NCBI GenBank assembly: GCA_040285855.1
Contig: JAUFOQ010000017.1
Location: 248,001 to 312,000 of the forward strand
Source of the DNA: Eukaryota sp. GEM-RC1
Taxonomy: Eukaryota
Direction: 5' to 3'
Length of the DNA: 64,000 nt
Made by a program: the position numbers and the translations under genes. Shown piece by piece: positions 14,156 through 26,356 of the stretch. The notes beneath the pieces were generated by a model, which saw only the letters and a program-made list of their open reading frames with translations, was not told the DNA's origin and did not search any database. Positions within the stretch are counted from its first letter, which is position 1. Every line of letters starts with the position of its first letter.

Positions 14156-14631
14156 ATTATTTAAAAACAATGATCACATTTTCCAATATATTTATTGTAC
14201 ATATTTTTTGCTTGGAAATATATTGCACTATGCTTTTTTCGATCCCTGCGTTGTAGACTCTAAATTCTTGGCTTTTTCCGCTTTTGAAAGAGTTTTTTAC
14301 GTGTATTTGGATCGTGTTTGCAACAAATAATCTGTAATGGTGATACTTTTGACTTTGTTGAGTTATACTGTTGAATATTGTGTTAGCCGCTCTTAATACA
14401 ACGAACAAAACAGTCTAGTTTCCAGCCTCTACAGTAGTTACCTACCTTACTCCATTATGAAGTCCCCATTACGGATACGTCTTGCGGAGTTCTGCAATTT
14501 GAACTAAACAACAACACAACGAAAAAAGACAATATATATATGCTAAACATGAATTGTACAAGGCGGTCCCACCTTGGATGGTGGTTCACCATTCTGAGTG
14601 GAGTAATCAAAACTCTCCACTCTTTAATTTG

Positions 14632-17600
14632 ATGACGTCTGGTTTTTTCTGTACAAAGGTTGTTGGATCTCACATCCTCAACTTCTATCAGTCCGACTAT
14701 ATTGCAGTCAGCGAAACAGGTTTCTTGTATCTTTTGACTCCACCGACGATTTTTATAGACTTGCTAAACCAGATGAAGACCTTCTCCTCAAGCATGAAAA
14801 ACTAGTCAATGCAGCCAGCGTCACGGTCATAAACCTTCATGAGGCATCTGTTGCTCTTTCCCCCACAGATCCTCTCACTGTTATTGTCAACGATACTAAA
14901 CTCCAATTCAAAGACATCCAAGATACTCACCAGTTCTTGATGATGGGATTTGGAGGTCATGAAATGCTAAAATCTCTCCTCAACGCTTCCGTTTCGACAT
15001 CAGATAATGTTCAAAAGAAAAAAACCTTTGAGGAGAGGTTCTTTGTCGAGCCCAAAGCTACGTTCATTGAACCAACACGCTTCGGTATACAATCTAAACT
15101 GCCTTTTCTCTCTGGACAGACCTCTGATGACCAAGCCTTTGAAATGGTAGCTACAACTCTAGCTGTAAACAACTATAAAACTGTCATTGATGCTGGAGGT
15201 AAGTCCGGAGAACGAGGATACGAACCCTCCTTCAAGCCAGGGGCTCCAGGAGGTAATGGAAGGAGAGGAAAGGACGGGAAGACTGTTCAAGTCCACGTGT
15301 CATCATCAGAAAGTGGTCACGTGACATTAAGTGGTGCAGTTGATTGTGAACTTCATCTTGAACCAAATGAAGTGGTTGTAGTGGACGCTTCTGGTGGCAA
15401 GGGTGGTGATGGTGGGCGTGGTGATGGAGGTGGTGATCAAGGCAGGAATGGAGGTGATGGTGGCAACGGTGGTGATGGTGGAAATGGTGGTAATGTTTGC
15501 ATATCAGCTGACACTCTAGCTGACTTTGCTTACGCTACTGCTGACGTTACCTATGGAGTTGGGGGTCATAAAGGATCTGGAGGAGGCCCCGGTCACGTCA
15601 CCATTCAGACTGAAGGTGGTTCTCGTTCAGAGACTACTGACTGGGGTAGGGACGGAGAACAAGGAGAATACGGCTCTGTCGGAAGTGTCTGCTTTGCTCT
15701 AAATGATGATACCGTTTACTTTGAGAAGTATTGCATTGTTTGGAGTCCTTTGACGTTGTTGATGGGAATCAAGATGGAGTTGTCGAACCTCTTGATGAAG
15801 TAACAATTAGCAATGTCAAGCTAACCAATTTATCTAGAGATATGCCATTACCAGCAGGAGCGATTCTTTCAGCACGTGGATCTAAGTCTGAACTTCTTTC
15901 TCTCAAGATCCTAAATGATATCGTTTTACCTTGTATTGGGCCAAAAGAAAGCGTTGTAATTTCTGATGAAATTAAAATATTTGTTTCTATTGACGAGGAG
16001 ATCATGCCAACAGAGCTTTGCTTTAGTGAAACAATTGATTGCTTCCTCAACGTGACCGTTAATTGCATCAGTGTTTTACATTACATGCACCAAGCCAAAG
16101 ACACTGTCTTTTATCCATCAAGTCACTGGCACAAAATCTGGAGTTACTTCAATCACGGATTAAGAAAGGAAGAAATGAATTCCAATCATATGAGCTCACT
16201 GATTGTCACGACCCCCATATCGATCAAGAACTATGAATCACTTGCCCCTTCGATTGTTCCGGGATCTTTGTCTATTATTTCTTTTGAATTAGTTAATTAT
16301 TCCTGTTTTGCTTCTCGTGAATTACTTCTACATTATTCTCAGACTGAGTTTACTGCAATTGTTTCAGTAACAGGAAATGACAAATCTTTAGAGTTGATTC
16401 AGGAGTCGGGAAAGGTTTCTGTCAAAATTGATTCGATTCCCGAGAATTCTTCTCTATTTTTAAAAATTTCCATACAATTGTCTGAATCAGTTCCGCTTTT
16501 CTCTACACTCCCATCATGCTTAACACTAACATACAATAACTTCTTTATTCTTTACAAAGATATTCCCATTAATGTTGGTAGTGCTGCTGTCTCTAATCCG
16601 GACATTCTAGTAGTAATCACTGCTCAAACTCCGAATAACGAAATCAATATCTGGTGTCGTTTGTTGTCTGCAATTGGTTTTTCCTACTTGCTTTGGGATA
16701 CTGAAATGAAGGAAGGATTCTCAGTTGATTCATTGGGGAATCGTCACTCTGACTCGTGGACAAACTGTGTCGACGATGAAGGAATGTCTACTTTTAAAAT
16801 ATGTTTGGTATTGTATACCGGATACAAGTTCATCAAGTCCGTTAAACAAGAAGACATTATATGGTTGCATCAATCTGGATGTGGATTTGTATTTCTACGA
16901 GGAAATACTACTGGTCAGCTGTTACTACACAAATGCTTATCTGAGTGGCAAAGCAAAGTTACCTCGATTACTTCTACTGAAAGAAAGGAAGCTGGCAAAG
17001 TCCGCAATGCTCTTCAACGCAAAGGTGACGTGACACACCGTCATTTTTTAACTTTTGTTTCCAACAACGCAAACATTCTCGAGAGACTTCCGTCTGAATC
17101 TCACTCTGCTCTTAGAACTGTGGTCTCTGTGTTTTCCCGAGTTTCCAGGACTTTGATAGTTAAGAAGTGTTTGTTACCGTCACACGCAAGGTTTTTAACT
17201 GTTGGTCAATTCAATCAAATTGGTGTTGTGCAGACCGTACGAAAACTTGTTTCTATTGAAGAATTAGTTAGGAATTTAAGAGAAAATCCTGAAGAAAAGC
17301 TCTATTTCGATGATAATGATATCTACATTCATGTCACAGTTAATTATCGCAATATTACTGAATCCAATATAGACCATCAATCTAAAAGGACCATTGCAAA
17401 CTTTGCTCTTCAAGTTGGCGACCGGTTATCATTTGATGACTTTAAAACCTTTACTTTTGATCAGGGATCTAAATCTATTGTAAATTTGGGACATCCTTGT
17501 GAAACTTTTAATCTTGCGATTGCGAGTCTGTTTGGTATCGGTGTTTCTTCAATTATTCTAGCTCTTCCGATGGAGAGCAAGTTGGATTTGGTTAATCAAT

Positions 17601-18148
17601 ATGAAAGTTGTACCAAAATGAATTTGGTTTTACCTGGAGGAACTGCTTTATCACTTTTAAATTTTTGTTTGTTAGCTATTGCACATGACTTGTATCAGGA
17701 AGTTTTGGCTGTCAGGAATCAAGATCTTTTTGAAAATTTTGAGATTTTTGAAAGTTATTGTAACGAATTTGTTGCATCTCCTTCTGAATTTCATCCCAAA
17801 ATGGACATTTTCCTGTATTTCATTCTGTTTCAACTGGAACAACTGCTTTCCTTTAAAAAGAATGTTTCTTCCAGTAAAGGCAGTTTCAAACTGTTTTTGA
17901 GACAGTTTATGGATGGAAAAAAATTTAAACGGCTCTCTCATTTATTTAATTCTAATGTTGCTGACAAAGCTACTGAATTAATTGATCAACTCAATGGTCT
18001 ATCAATCAACAACGTGATTGGATTGGACAAGTTGTCTAAGTTTCCACTTTCAGCAAGACATAGATTCATAGGTCCGAAAGCTGCTGAGGAGTCTGAGCTC
18101 TATTATACTGGATTGGACGACGGATTAACAAAGTTCTTTAGAATGTAA
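14632..18148 (+). CDS. large hypothetical protein with Gly-rich GGxGGxGG repeats; apparent frameshifts at ~14733 and ~15740
   Basis: Three overlapping ORFs join into one ~1170-aa frame by single-T additions in T-runs. GGDGGNGG repeats are followed by FDVVDGNQDGVVEP...MPLP. Start codon uncertain. Confidence 0.6.
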
Positions 18149-18266
18149 TGCTTAAAGTAAGTAATTGTTAATTTTTAGTTATATACATGTAATTTTTTTG
18201 GAATTCGATCTTTTTCACATAGGAAAAACATAATCATCGCCGTCCATTAAACATTTTTGATTGATG

Positions 18267-19667
18267 TTATTCGTGCAGTGACAGAAGCGATCCTGCAGCT
18301 AAGGAATTTACTTCATTAATTTCTTGTAAATTTTCAGTGATCGTTTGCATTAACAAAAGATACTGACAAAGAGTATCTCGAGGCCAAATAGTGTCAACTC
18401 TCTTGAATGGTAAACTTTCTAGTTGTTTAATTAATGACTCCTCCATTAACGGTTTTCCATTATGACTGACATAGAGTTGTTTAAGAGAAAACTTACTAGT
18501 CGAATGTGCTAGAGCTTTGGTCTGTTTGACTGCCTGTGACGTGATTTGATTGTTGTTTCCCTTCATCCGGGGGCAAATCAATCGCGAAATCATTGAAAAG
18601 TGAAGACTTAGTTCTTTTGAGTAGTTTGTCCTCTTTGTTAGACTTCTTCTTCATATCCTCAAATGTCTTGCAGATCACACCAATGACAACATTTCTTATA
18701 ATAAAACTGCCCAACCAAATCCAAGACATCCAATAGACAATAACAATAGCTGGGTGAACGTCATTTTTAACATCATTCATGACGTGAAACCACTGGTCGA
18801 ATGTGAAAATTTGAAAAACAGCCAAGAAGGAATTTGGGAGACTTTGAAATTTGTACTGATACCTTCGAGGAATTTCGGAATTTGAGTAATTTTCAAATAA
18901 ATACATTCCAAAAATAGCGTACAGAAATATGAAAACTGACAAAAGCAACACCAACGAGCCAAGTGACGCCGCCGCCTTTAAACACGTGTTGACAATAATT
19001 TTTAAATTTTTGAACCGAACAATAGCCTTTAAAATTCTCAATGTTTTAAATAATCTCAGAACTCGAATGATTTCCCACAATTGATAAGAACGTTCACCTA
19101 CAAATAAGCCAAAAACTTCAGGTATTGAAGATATAACTGTAATTCCAAAATCAAAATTATTCCATCCGTCGTCCCAAAAAGATTTAAAAGAATTAATCCA
19201 TTTTAAAACAATTTCAGTCATAAAAACCAAAAGAGAAAAGCTCTCAAAATAGTCAATAAGTTGAAGTTGTAGATAGAATTGTGTTCTGTCCACATCTGTG
19301 GAAAACACTAGAGCAATAGCATTTAAAATAATAGTGAGTAATATAAAATTTTGAAAATGGCGATGATTGACCATCCAACTTGCCCAAACTCCAACAGGAA
19401 TTGAGTTTAAATGACGTACGCGAGTCATACGTTTGTCGACGTTAACATCAGAAGGAAGTCGATGGAAGTGCTTGAACTTAATCACGTGGAGAGGGTGGTC
19501 ACGTAGAACCTTTTAAAAGCTTCAGGATCAAGAGAGATATCACGAGTGGAAAGGAGAGGAACGTCTGCGGTAGAGTGACCAGCGTTATCTCCTAATCTGA
19601 AGTCTTCTATAAGCTTAGTACGGTATAAGCTTGTACGAACAGAAAGGTCGGATGGTAGGACTGTCAT
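18267..19667 (-). CDS. CATSPER2: CatSper2-like single-domain voltage-gated Ca2+ channel subunit; frameshift at ~19513, intron 18466-18496
   Basis: 6 TM segments, S4 RVLRLFKTLRILK, pore LPNSFLAVFQIFTFDQW (CatSper2 LPNS...FTLDHW). N-terminal RTKLIEDF and C-terminal WPRDTL..Y..L....ENL.E are both characteristic of CatSper2. Confidence 0.85.
18466..18496 (-). other. 31-nt spliceosomal intron
   Basis: GTAAGT...TGTCAG. Removing it deletes the premature TAG and joins FD|YHNGK in frame with the conserved CatSper2 C-terminus. Confidence 0.8.
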
Positions 19668-19706
19668 TTGACGGAAATCTGCACTTCTCTTAAAACACCA
19701 TTTCTT

Positions 19707-20909
19707 ATGGCTGGCTTTGATGTGCAACGAGAAATAATCCAAGACACTCTCAAAATGCAACAGGAACTAATGGACTTACGTGACTGGGAAGAAGATATGC
19801 AAGTCATAGACAAGAAAACCACACAGAAGTCAACCACTGTCTCTTCTTCTTCTGAACTGCCACCTGTACGTGGAACTGCTCAACATGAGGAGTTCCTAAA
19901 ATCTGCAGACGACACTCCTTCTACAACAGTAAAACCCTCATCTTCCACCTCATACGTTCCCTCTACTACTCAGGAATCTCCTGAATCTGAAGCTGAACGA
20001 TGGAAGAAGTTAGGAAATGCTGCCTTTAGCAAGAACGATCTTCTTACAGCAGTTGAACGATACTCTCGTGCCATCAATGTCATTGCTACACCAGCTGCTT
20101 ACTGCAACCGCTCCTTTTCCTTTCTCAAACTAGGAGACTTTTCCAGATCTGTAGAAGACGCTACTTCTGCCATTAACCTAGACCACACATCTTTCAAGGG
20201 TTATTACAGAAGAGCATGTGCTTATAAGAGACTGGGAAAGTTTGACCAAGCTCTGGCTGATTTAGAGACAGCCAAGAAGTATGCAGTTGGCAAAACAATC
20301 AAAGATCTGAATAAGGAAGTTGATGACGTGTTGCGATTGAGGGAGACCAAGATTTCGACCCATGACAGTCGTCAATCAGAGAAAGAGTCCATTAAGTTGC
20401 CCACTCAACAACCAGAAGAGGAAAGTCAATCAAAATTGAATGTTGAAGAGATTGCTAGTACTATAGAAGCTATTCCAACTCAAGACATTCTTCAACCTAA
20501 AACAAAACCTTCTGTCAGTCATCTACAAGACACTGTGGAAACCTCTGTTGTCGTACCAAATGACTTGCCTGCACCTCAAACAGTATCTGATTTAGAGTTT
20601 GGATTCCGTGAATTTAAAAATCATCCTGAAAAATTGAAATGTTTCTTGACTTCTGTTGACGTCAACAGTCTTTCGAGTTTGTTTAAGAATGGTTTAAATG
20701 CGACTTTGTATGAGTCTATTTTAAATATTTTACATGAAATTGATGATCACGAATTCGTTTTCACTTTTCTCGATAATTTGACATCAGTTCAAAGGTTTTC
20801 ATTTGTTAATATGTTCTTGAAGGACAAAACTCCTCTAATTCGACTATTTGACCGACTGTCATCACAATCACATGCCGTTGACAAATTGAGACAATTGTAT
20901 AAATGTTGA
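19707..20909 (+). CDS. RPAP3: RPAP3/SPAG1-like TPR co-chaperone (R2TP)
   Basis: N-terminal ELMDLRDWEEDM, carboxylate-clamp TPRs (KKLGNAAF, YCNRS, KGYYRRA) and an RPAP3_C-like tail (LTSVQRFSFVNMFL). Confidence 0.85.
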   Translation: MAGFDVQREIIQDTLKMQQELMDLRDWEEDMQVIDKKTTQKSTTVSSSSELPPVRGTAQHEEFLKSADDTPSTTVKPSSSTSYVPSTTQESPESEAERWKKLGNAAFSKNDLLTAVERYSRAINVIATPAAYCNRSFSFLKLGDFSRSVEDATSAINLDHTSFKGYYRRACAYKRLGKFDQALADLETAKKYAVGKTIKDLNKEVDDVLRLRETKISTHDSRQSEKESIKLPTQQPEEESQSKLNVEEIASTIEAIPTQDILQPKTKPSVSHLQDTVETSVVVPNDLPAPQTVSDLEFGFREFKNHPEKLKCFLTSVDVNSLSSLFKNGLNATLYESILNILHEIDDHEFVFTFLDNLTSVQRFSFVNMFLKDKTPLIRLFDRLSSQSHAVDKLRQLYKC

Positions 20910-21189
20910 TTTTGTTGGTAATTAACTACTTTTTAAGTAAATTTATTGTTTTGATCGTTTTTTTAAAGAAACGTTTCTTTGTTATTTGTAATTTTTGCTG
21001 AAATTCTGTCAATTTTTGAAAAATGTGAACTGACGTTCGTTCAATGGTTGTTGTTCAATTCTGGATTGTTCAAATGAATTGAAAATCATTCCATTTGATT
21101 ATCCATGGTTTGTTGAATAAATCAGTGAACTGTACTTTAGTATTGTGTTGTAACATAGACATGGTAATGATCAACATTTGTATTCATCT

Positions 21190-21700
21190 GTTCGCGGGGG
21201 TAGGTTTCAGCCATGCAAAAATCATTAGAAAATCTGCTCTTTTAGGAGGTGTTAAGCATTTTATGTTTGAATTTTTAAAACAGTTTCCCATGGATGGAAT
21301 CAATCTGTTGAATTCCAGTAATTGTCGTTGGATTCCATCTGCTGAAGACTTGGTATCATCTTTGTCTCCTGAAATGTGGGAATCTTTGTTCCCTGTTCAT
21401 TTGAAGGATACTCCTTTAAAAAATATTTCATCTCTACCGTCTGCTGTATGTAAACTGCAAAATAAATTGACAAAGGAGTTTGAACTCTTGGACTTTAATA
21501 ATTGTATTAGCTTGGCTAAAACTAATGGTCCCAAGTTTGCTGCTTTTTTAATTGACCTTTGTAATAGTGGACCTTCTGGATTTATTTCTCAAATTCCTAA
21601 AATGTTTGAATTACATCTATCTAATGAAGCTTGGATGATCAATATGCGTCTTCGTCTGACTGTTTTGCCTGCAAATTTATTAAATTATTCAATCGAATAA
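21190..21700 (+). mobile_element. internal fragment of a CRE-like retroelement
   Basis: GVGF...SALLGGVKHFMFEF...QIPKMFELHL...NMRLR, homologous to the other copies in the window. Confidence 0.7.
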
Positions 21701-21973
21701 AGTATTTTTCTAAATAGTATAAATACTAAAGCCGTAGTGTCAAAGGGACTCTACTCTTCATACAACCTCAAAGTTGTATGGAATTTGGTCAGTACATATC
21801 TGATTGACTAGTTTTAGACATAGCTGAGTTTATTTAATTTCGGAGCATAATCAGAAAAATCGAATTTGTTTCAAAAACAAGCAAAAATTATCAAAATAAA
21901 CGCAAGAATAATGTTGTTTTAAATAACTAAATAAATATCAAAAAAAGACTACAAACTAAATTGCCTCAATTGC

Positions 21974-23071
21974 CTAAGGTATAACCTCCATAGAGTTATC
22001 CATAGCATTGTACCTAAAGTCGTCTTCATTTACATTTCCACTGTTGATAAGTGCTTGGATTTTGGGTAAAACTCGTTTAATTTCATTAATTAAATGTTCA
22101 ATTGAACCACATACCAACTTAAAACCTTCATCGCCCCACCATTTGGTTTTATTGGCAAAGAGACAGCGGCCACCACAAATATTTAAAATTTCACAATCAC
22201 TACAAGGATTATCTAATTTCAAAGTATTCTTGATTTGTGAACAATCCAAGTCATCAATCTGTCCTAAATTATTCCAATCATCCTCCCAAGAAACCGGACA
22301 TCCCAGCACGTTTCCCTTGGTCCCAATGGTGAAGGAATGATGACCAACGCCACACTGAAGACCATTAGAGTAATCAACATTGAACAGTAATGTTCTAGCT
22401 ATGCCCAAGAAGGGAACTATTCCAGAAACCACACCCTCTTGTTCCATGCGATCTGTCCATTCGTTAATGAGGCGGGAAATTCCTTCGTTGTAGCTGGCAA
22501 TGAACTCGGGGAAGTCTGGTCTTTTCTCATCCATTGGAGCATCCCACTGGCAGTCTAGTTGCCAGTGAATGTGATCAAAGGAGACTTCGTGGGAGAGAAG
22601 ATGGCGAGCATCACGATAGATGTCAGCATCTTTGCTTATGGTCATTCTCGCAATAAGATCGCCTGTGAAACCTCGGTTTCTAAGGTTTGAGACTTGTTCC
22701 ATAACATTTTTGTAAGTGTTTCGGCCTCGCCACTCGTCAACAACTGAGGGAATTCCGTCGATGGAAACGAGAATGGAAGAGATGCGTGAGAGATAATCGT
22801 TGTTAAGTTTGTGCAAAAGAGTTCCATTAGTTTGAAGAACAAATCGAGCGTCGATGTTATCCATAACAGAGTAAAGAAAAGGGATATTGAGTAGGGGTTC
22901 ACCTCCGTAAAAGACGATGGTATTGGAATCATCGGGACTTGTGCTGAGAAAAGTCTTCAGTTGGGGAATCGTGACTGATGGCATTGCAGGCATCAGGTCC
23001 TCAATGGGTACATTGCCACAGTACTTGCAGCATTTGTTACACTTACTAGTTGTGAAAAGGAAGAACAGCAT
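21974..23071 (-). CDS. radical SAM/SPASM-domain protein resembling the archaeal AF0577 (TIGR04084) family
   Basis: CNKCCKYC (Cx3Cx2C), FYGGEPLL, LQTNGTLL, ILVSIDG, DLIARMT, HIHWQLD; SPASM cysteines CGVG..CP..CSDC..CGGRC..C; C-terminal EVIP. Intact and intronless. Confidence 0.8.
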   Translation of the reverse strand: MLFFLFTTSKCNKCCKYCGNVPIEDLMPAMPSVTIPQLKTFLSTSPDDSNTIVFYGGEPLLNIPFLYSVMDNIDARFVLQTNGTLLHKLNNDYLSRISSILVSIDGIPSVVDEWRGRNTYKNVMEQVSNLRNRGFTGDLIARMTISKDADIYRDARHLLSHEVSFDHIHWQLDCQWDAPMDEKRPDFPEFIASYNEGISRLINEWTDRMEQEGVVSGIVPFLGIARTLLFNVDYSNGLQCGVGHHSFTIGTKGNVLGCPVSWEDDWNNLGQIDDLDCSQIKNTLKLDNPCSDCEILNICGGRCLFANKTKWWGDEGFKLVCGSIEHLINEIKRVLPKIQALINSGNVNEDDFRYNAMDNSMEVIP

Positions 23072-23771
23072 AGGAAGGAACTTTGATTGGTCAATCAATT
23101 TGTTTTATGACAAAGAGGTTTTGTAGTTTGTGGACAGAAAGCACCTTCACCCAGTTTTAAGAACAACGCAATTACCTCAATTTGTACAGCCAGCGATAGG
23201 GCTTACATGTGGATCGATCTTTGATTCTAAATGACATATGATGATCTCATTATTGTGTTAGGCGAATAAAATCGGGAATTGTGTTTCAGTTCTTGGTTCA
23301 GAATTTGGTGGAAGAGTTTAAATCGATTTTAGAGTACATATACTATCTTTAATAATCAGTTTAAATCTTTCAAATTCTTAGCCACCAGGAGGTTCAACAG
23401 GTCTTACCTGTGAACAATTTTGCATTTGGTTTTTTGAGCCGTCTTGAGATTTCCTGTGGCGTTGACAGTACTGACTTAAACGTTGCAACTAGTTGATTTC
23501 GGTTCTAAAAAAATGTGAACTGAACTAACCCATTGACTGGATGCCACACAAGTTTTCGTTAATCCGTTTGGCTCTGCTTTCTATTCGTCTTTATAAACAC
23601 CGTTGTCACTCTGGTTTTAATCTGCGATCACGTAACATGAAGTAGAAGTGGTTGTTGGAATCAGTTTTTGATATACTATAACTAAAGTATCTATGATCCT
23701 TTTGTCCTTCACCAAACAACTTATCTAAAATCGAATGAAATTATCTGTTCATGAAACGTAACAGATCAAAC

Positions 23772-25781
23772 CATACTTGTTGATAACAATAACAGTGTGA
23801 TAACATTGAGGTCTATTTATAATAAATTAATATATGGAATTACATGTATGATTACTTGTTTAATATTGCAGCTGTAGTAACGAAAACCGTGATGGATACG
23901 CATCAAAAGCGGAACCTCGACACAACAAAATTGTCCTAACCAATGGACATGCTTATTTTCTCGGATTTGAGGTTTATGGAGACAAAGTTATCGACGCAGC
24001 CTATATGGAGCAGTTAATTGAGAAATCGGCAGTTATGTTGGAAGAAAAATTTTTAAAAAACCATAACAGTGACGAAATAGTCTTGGATGCTTCCAAATCG
24101 AAAATCTCCATGTACGATAAAATCTATTGGGTGACTTTGGATGGGGCTTCTGAAAATTCAACTGCAATCAACAATCTCAGAAGAAAGCACCCTCTAATGT
24201 TTTCCTGTAAATGTATAGCTCACTCTTTGTCGTTGTTGCTGAAGGACTTCAGTCGAAACAGCTGGGTGAATCGCTTGGTTTTAGGTACTGACCGAAATAT
24301 TAGAGTCTTTAAACGCCAAAGACTTCCCCAAAAGTGGTTAGAGGACGCAGGTGGCATTCCAATTAAATCTTTTCCTGTTACACGATTTGCATATTTGAGT
24401 ATCACCCTACAAAAACTTTTTAAATAACAGAATTATTCTTGAAAATTTATCCCAGTCCGCAAAAAACCAGGAAAGAATAAGCAGATGGATCAAATCAGTC
24501 AGAGAAAGTGCCAGCAAAGCAGATCACCAGGTAATTATGATGTTAGACTCCTATGACAACTATTGGAACGATGCCGAGCTTCTCGTCAAAACATGTGCTC
24601 CTATTATCACGCTACTTCGAATTGCTGATCAGTCCTCAGCGGGGTTTGTTTCGTTTGCACACTTTGGATTAGGTGTTGTGCGTAACTCCATCAGAACTGC
24701 GTTAATGCAAACGGGAAAATCATTGAGTTATTCCATTGATGAGTTGAAGACAAGATCGGAACAGTTGGACTCCCAATTTCAGTCGAGACTAAATTACGTT
24801 ACAAACAGATCCTTGATCGCAGCCAGACTTTTAAACCCTGCGTTACGTGAGGAAAACTGTGAAAAGGATTATTCAACAACACCAACTTCACTCGTTGTGT
24901 AACAGATTTATTTGATTAATTTCAATGTTACAAAGATGAATTAAGGAGTGAATGGGAACTGTTTACAACACATTTTGTATTAAATGACGTTGTTGAAGTT
25001 GATTACCCTCACGAGTGGTGGGTCACAAAAGGAAAAACTTTCTTCCCAGTATTAAGTGGTATCGCTCAACGCATCACTGGCCATTCAGGCGTAGCATCGA
25101 TTACTGAGCGCAATTGGAGTTCTTTCGATTACCAATTGCCCAAAAGAAGACTTAAGACGTCAAATAAGCATATGGATGACATGATGAGCATTCATTTTAA
25201 CAGACCGCTCTTACAAAAAGAGTCTGTCAAAATTAATTTCTTTAAGCTTAAGACGCAACTGCAGTATCACTCGGTCAATTGTTTTGCTGCTGCTGCAAGA
25301 TGGGCAATAGAAAAAGCAGATACTCTTGCAATGATGGAGGAGGAAGTTGTTGAAAGATACAATGAGTGTCTTGAGGTTGATTTAAGAGAAATTTCGGAAG
25401 AGGAAGTGGAGATGGCAGAAACAGAAGGAGAATCTGATGAAGCAGTTTTTGTTATTCAAGAATCTATGGGATTGGTTGAAGAGATTGATATTGGATGGAC
25501 AACTGATCAAGAGGTAAACCGTGTGCGCAGAACATAGGATCAAAAAGAGGACAGACTTCAGTGATCACCCACTGATGAATTTCGTAAATTAGTTTTGCTT
25601 TTGTGTGTAGTTTTTGGTGAGTTTCTACATTATAAATGTGTATAATAATAGTGTTGGTAATTCACGGTTATCACAGATGCCCTTCGGTATAACATGTGAT
25701 GGTGTATTATCACATTTTGTTATTGTGATTATGTGATAACATGTGATCACCAATGGTAGTTGGTTGTTATCAACAAGTATG
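23772..25781 (+). mobile_element. hAT DNA transposon (2010 bp) with a disrupted, N-terminally deleted transposase
   Basis: 18-bp TIR CATACTTGTTGATAACAA and TSD GATCAAAC on both sides. Motifs VTLDGASEN, CIAHSLSLLLKD, TRF, WW and ERNWSSF. Confidence 0.92.
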
Positions 25782-26356
25782 GATCAAACGTTAACCTTCT
25801 CAATCAAAACAATTTCATACATGTATACATGTATATGTTTCATAATAATGTCTTTACCTACATACAACAGTGTTTATACGGTTTATGAACCTGGGGACAA
25901 AGTACAGATTTAGAAGTCGTAAATCATTTTAAGAAATATTTGAAGGAATTTGTCTGCCAAAGTTTCCTCCAATAACGTTTTCTTGACGGACATTCATGAA
26001 CAGTTTTTCTTCGAGTTTTATCCCCATTCTGGACCAGAAAGAAGCTTACAGCAATATTACACCAAAACGACCTTCGTCATGTCCTCCGATGTACGAAAGG
26101 TTTGTACTTTCTTTTCTAACATCAGACAGATTCAATCACCAGTACCAGTGCGCCTTTCCTCCTTCAATAGATCTCCTTCAGCAATTTCTCCGTCGAATGA
26201 AGCAATCGTCTTTTCCCCGAGGGCTTTTTTCTTTCATTGCACTCACATCCCCCTAACTTCTTTCCCTTCCTTTTCCAAGTATTCTGTTGATCAAGCTATA
26301 TCCACGATGTTTGATCTTCTCTCCGAATTTATTTGTACTATTTTGCACATACGATG

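Larger units (their letters stand above)
9133..14248. mobile_element. composite non-autonomous hAT-type element (5116 bp) containing retroelement fragments
   Basis: TIR CAGGGATCGAAAAAA at 9133 and its reverse complement ending at 14248. Perfect 8-bp TSD CGTTGTAG at 9125-9132 and 14249-14256. TATTGCA subterminal repeats. An extra internal right end finishes at 12259. Confidence 0.85.
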
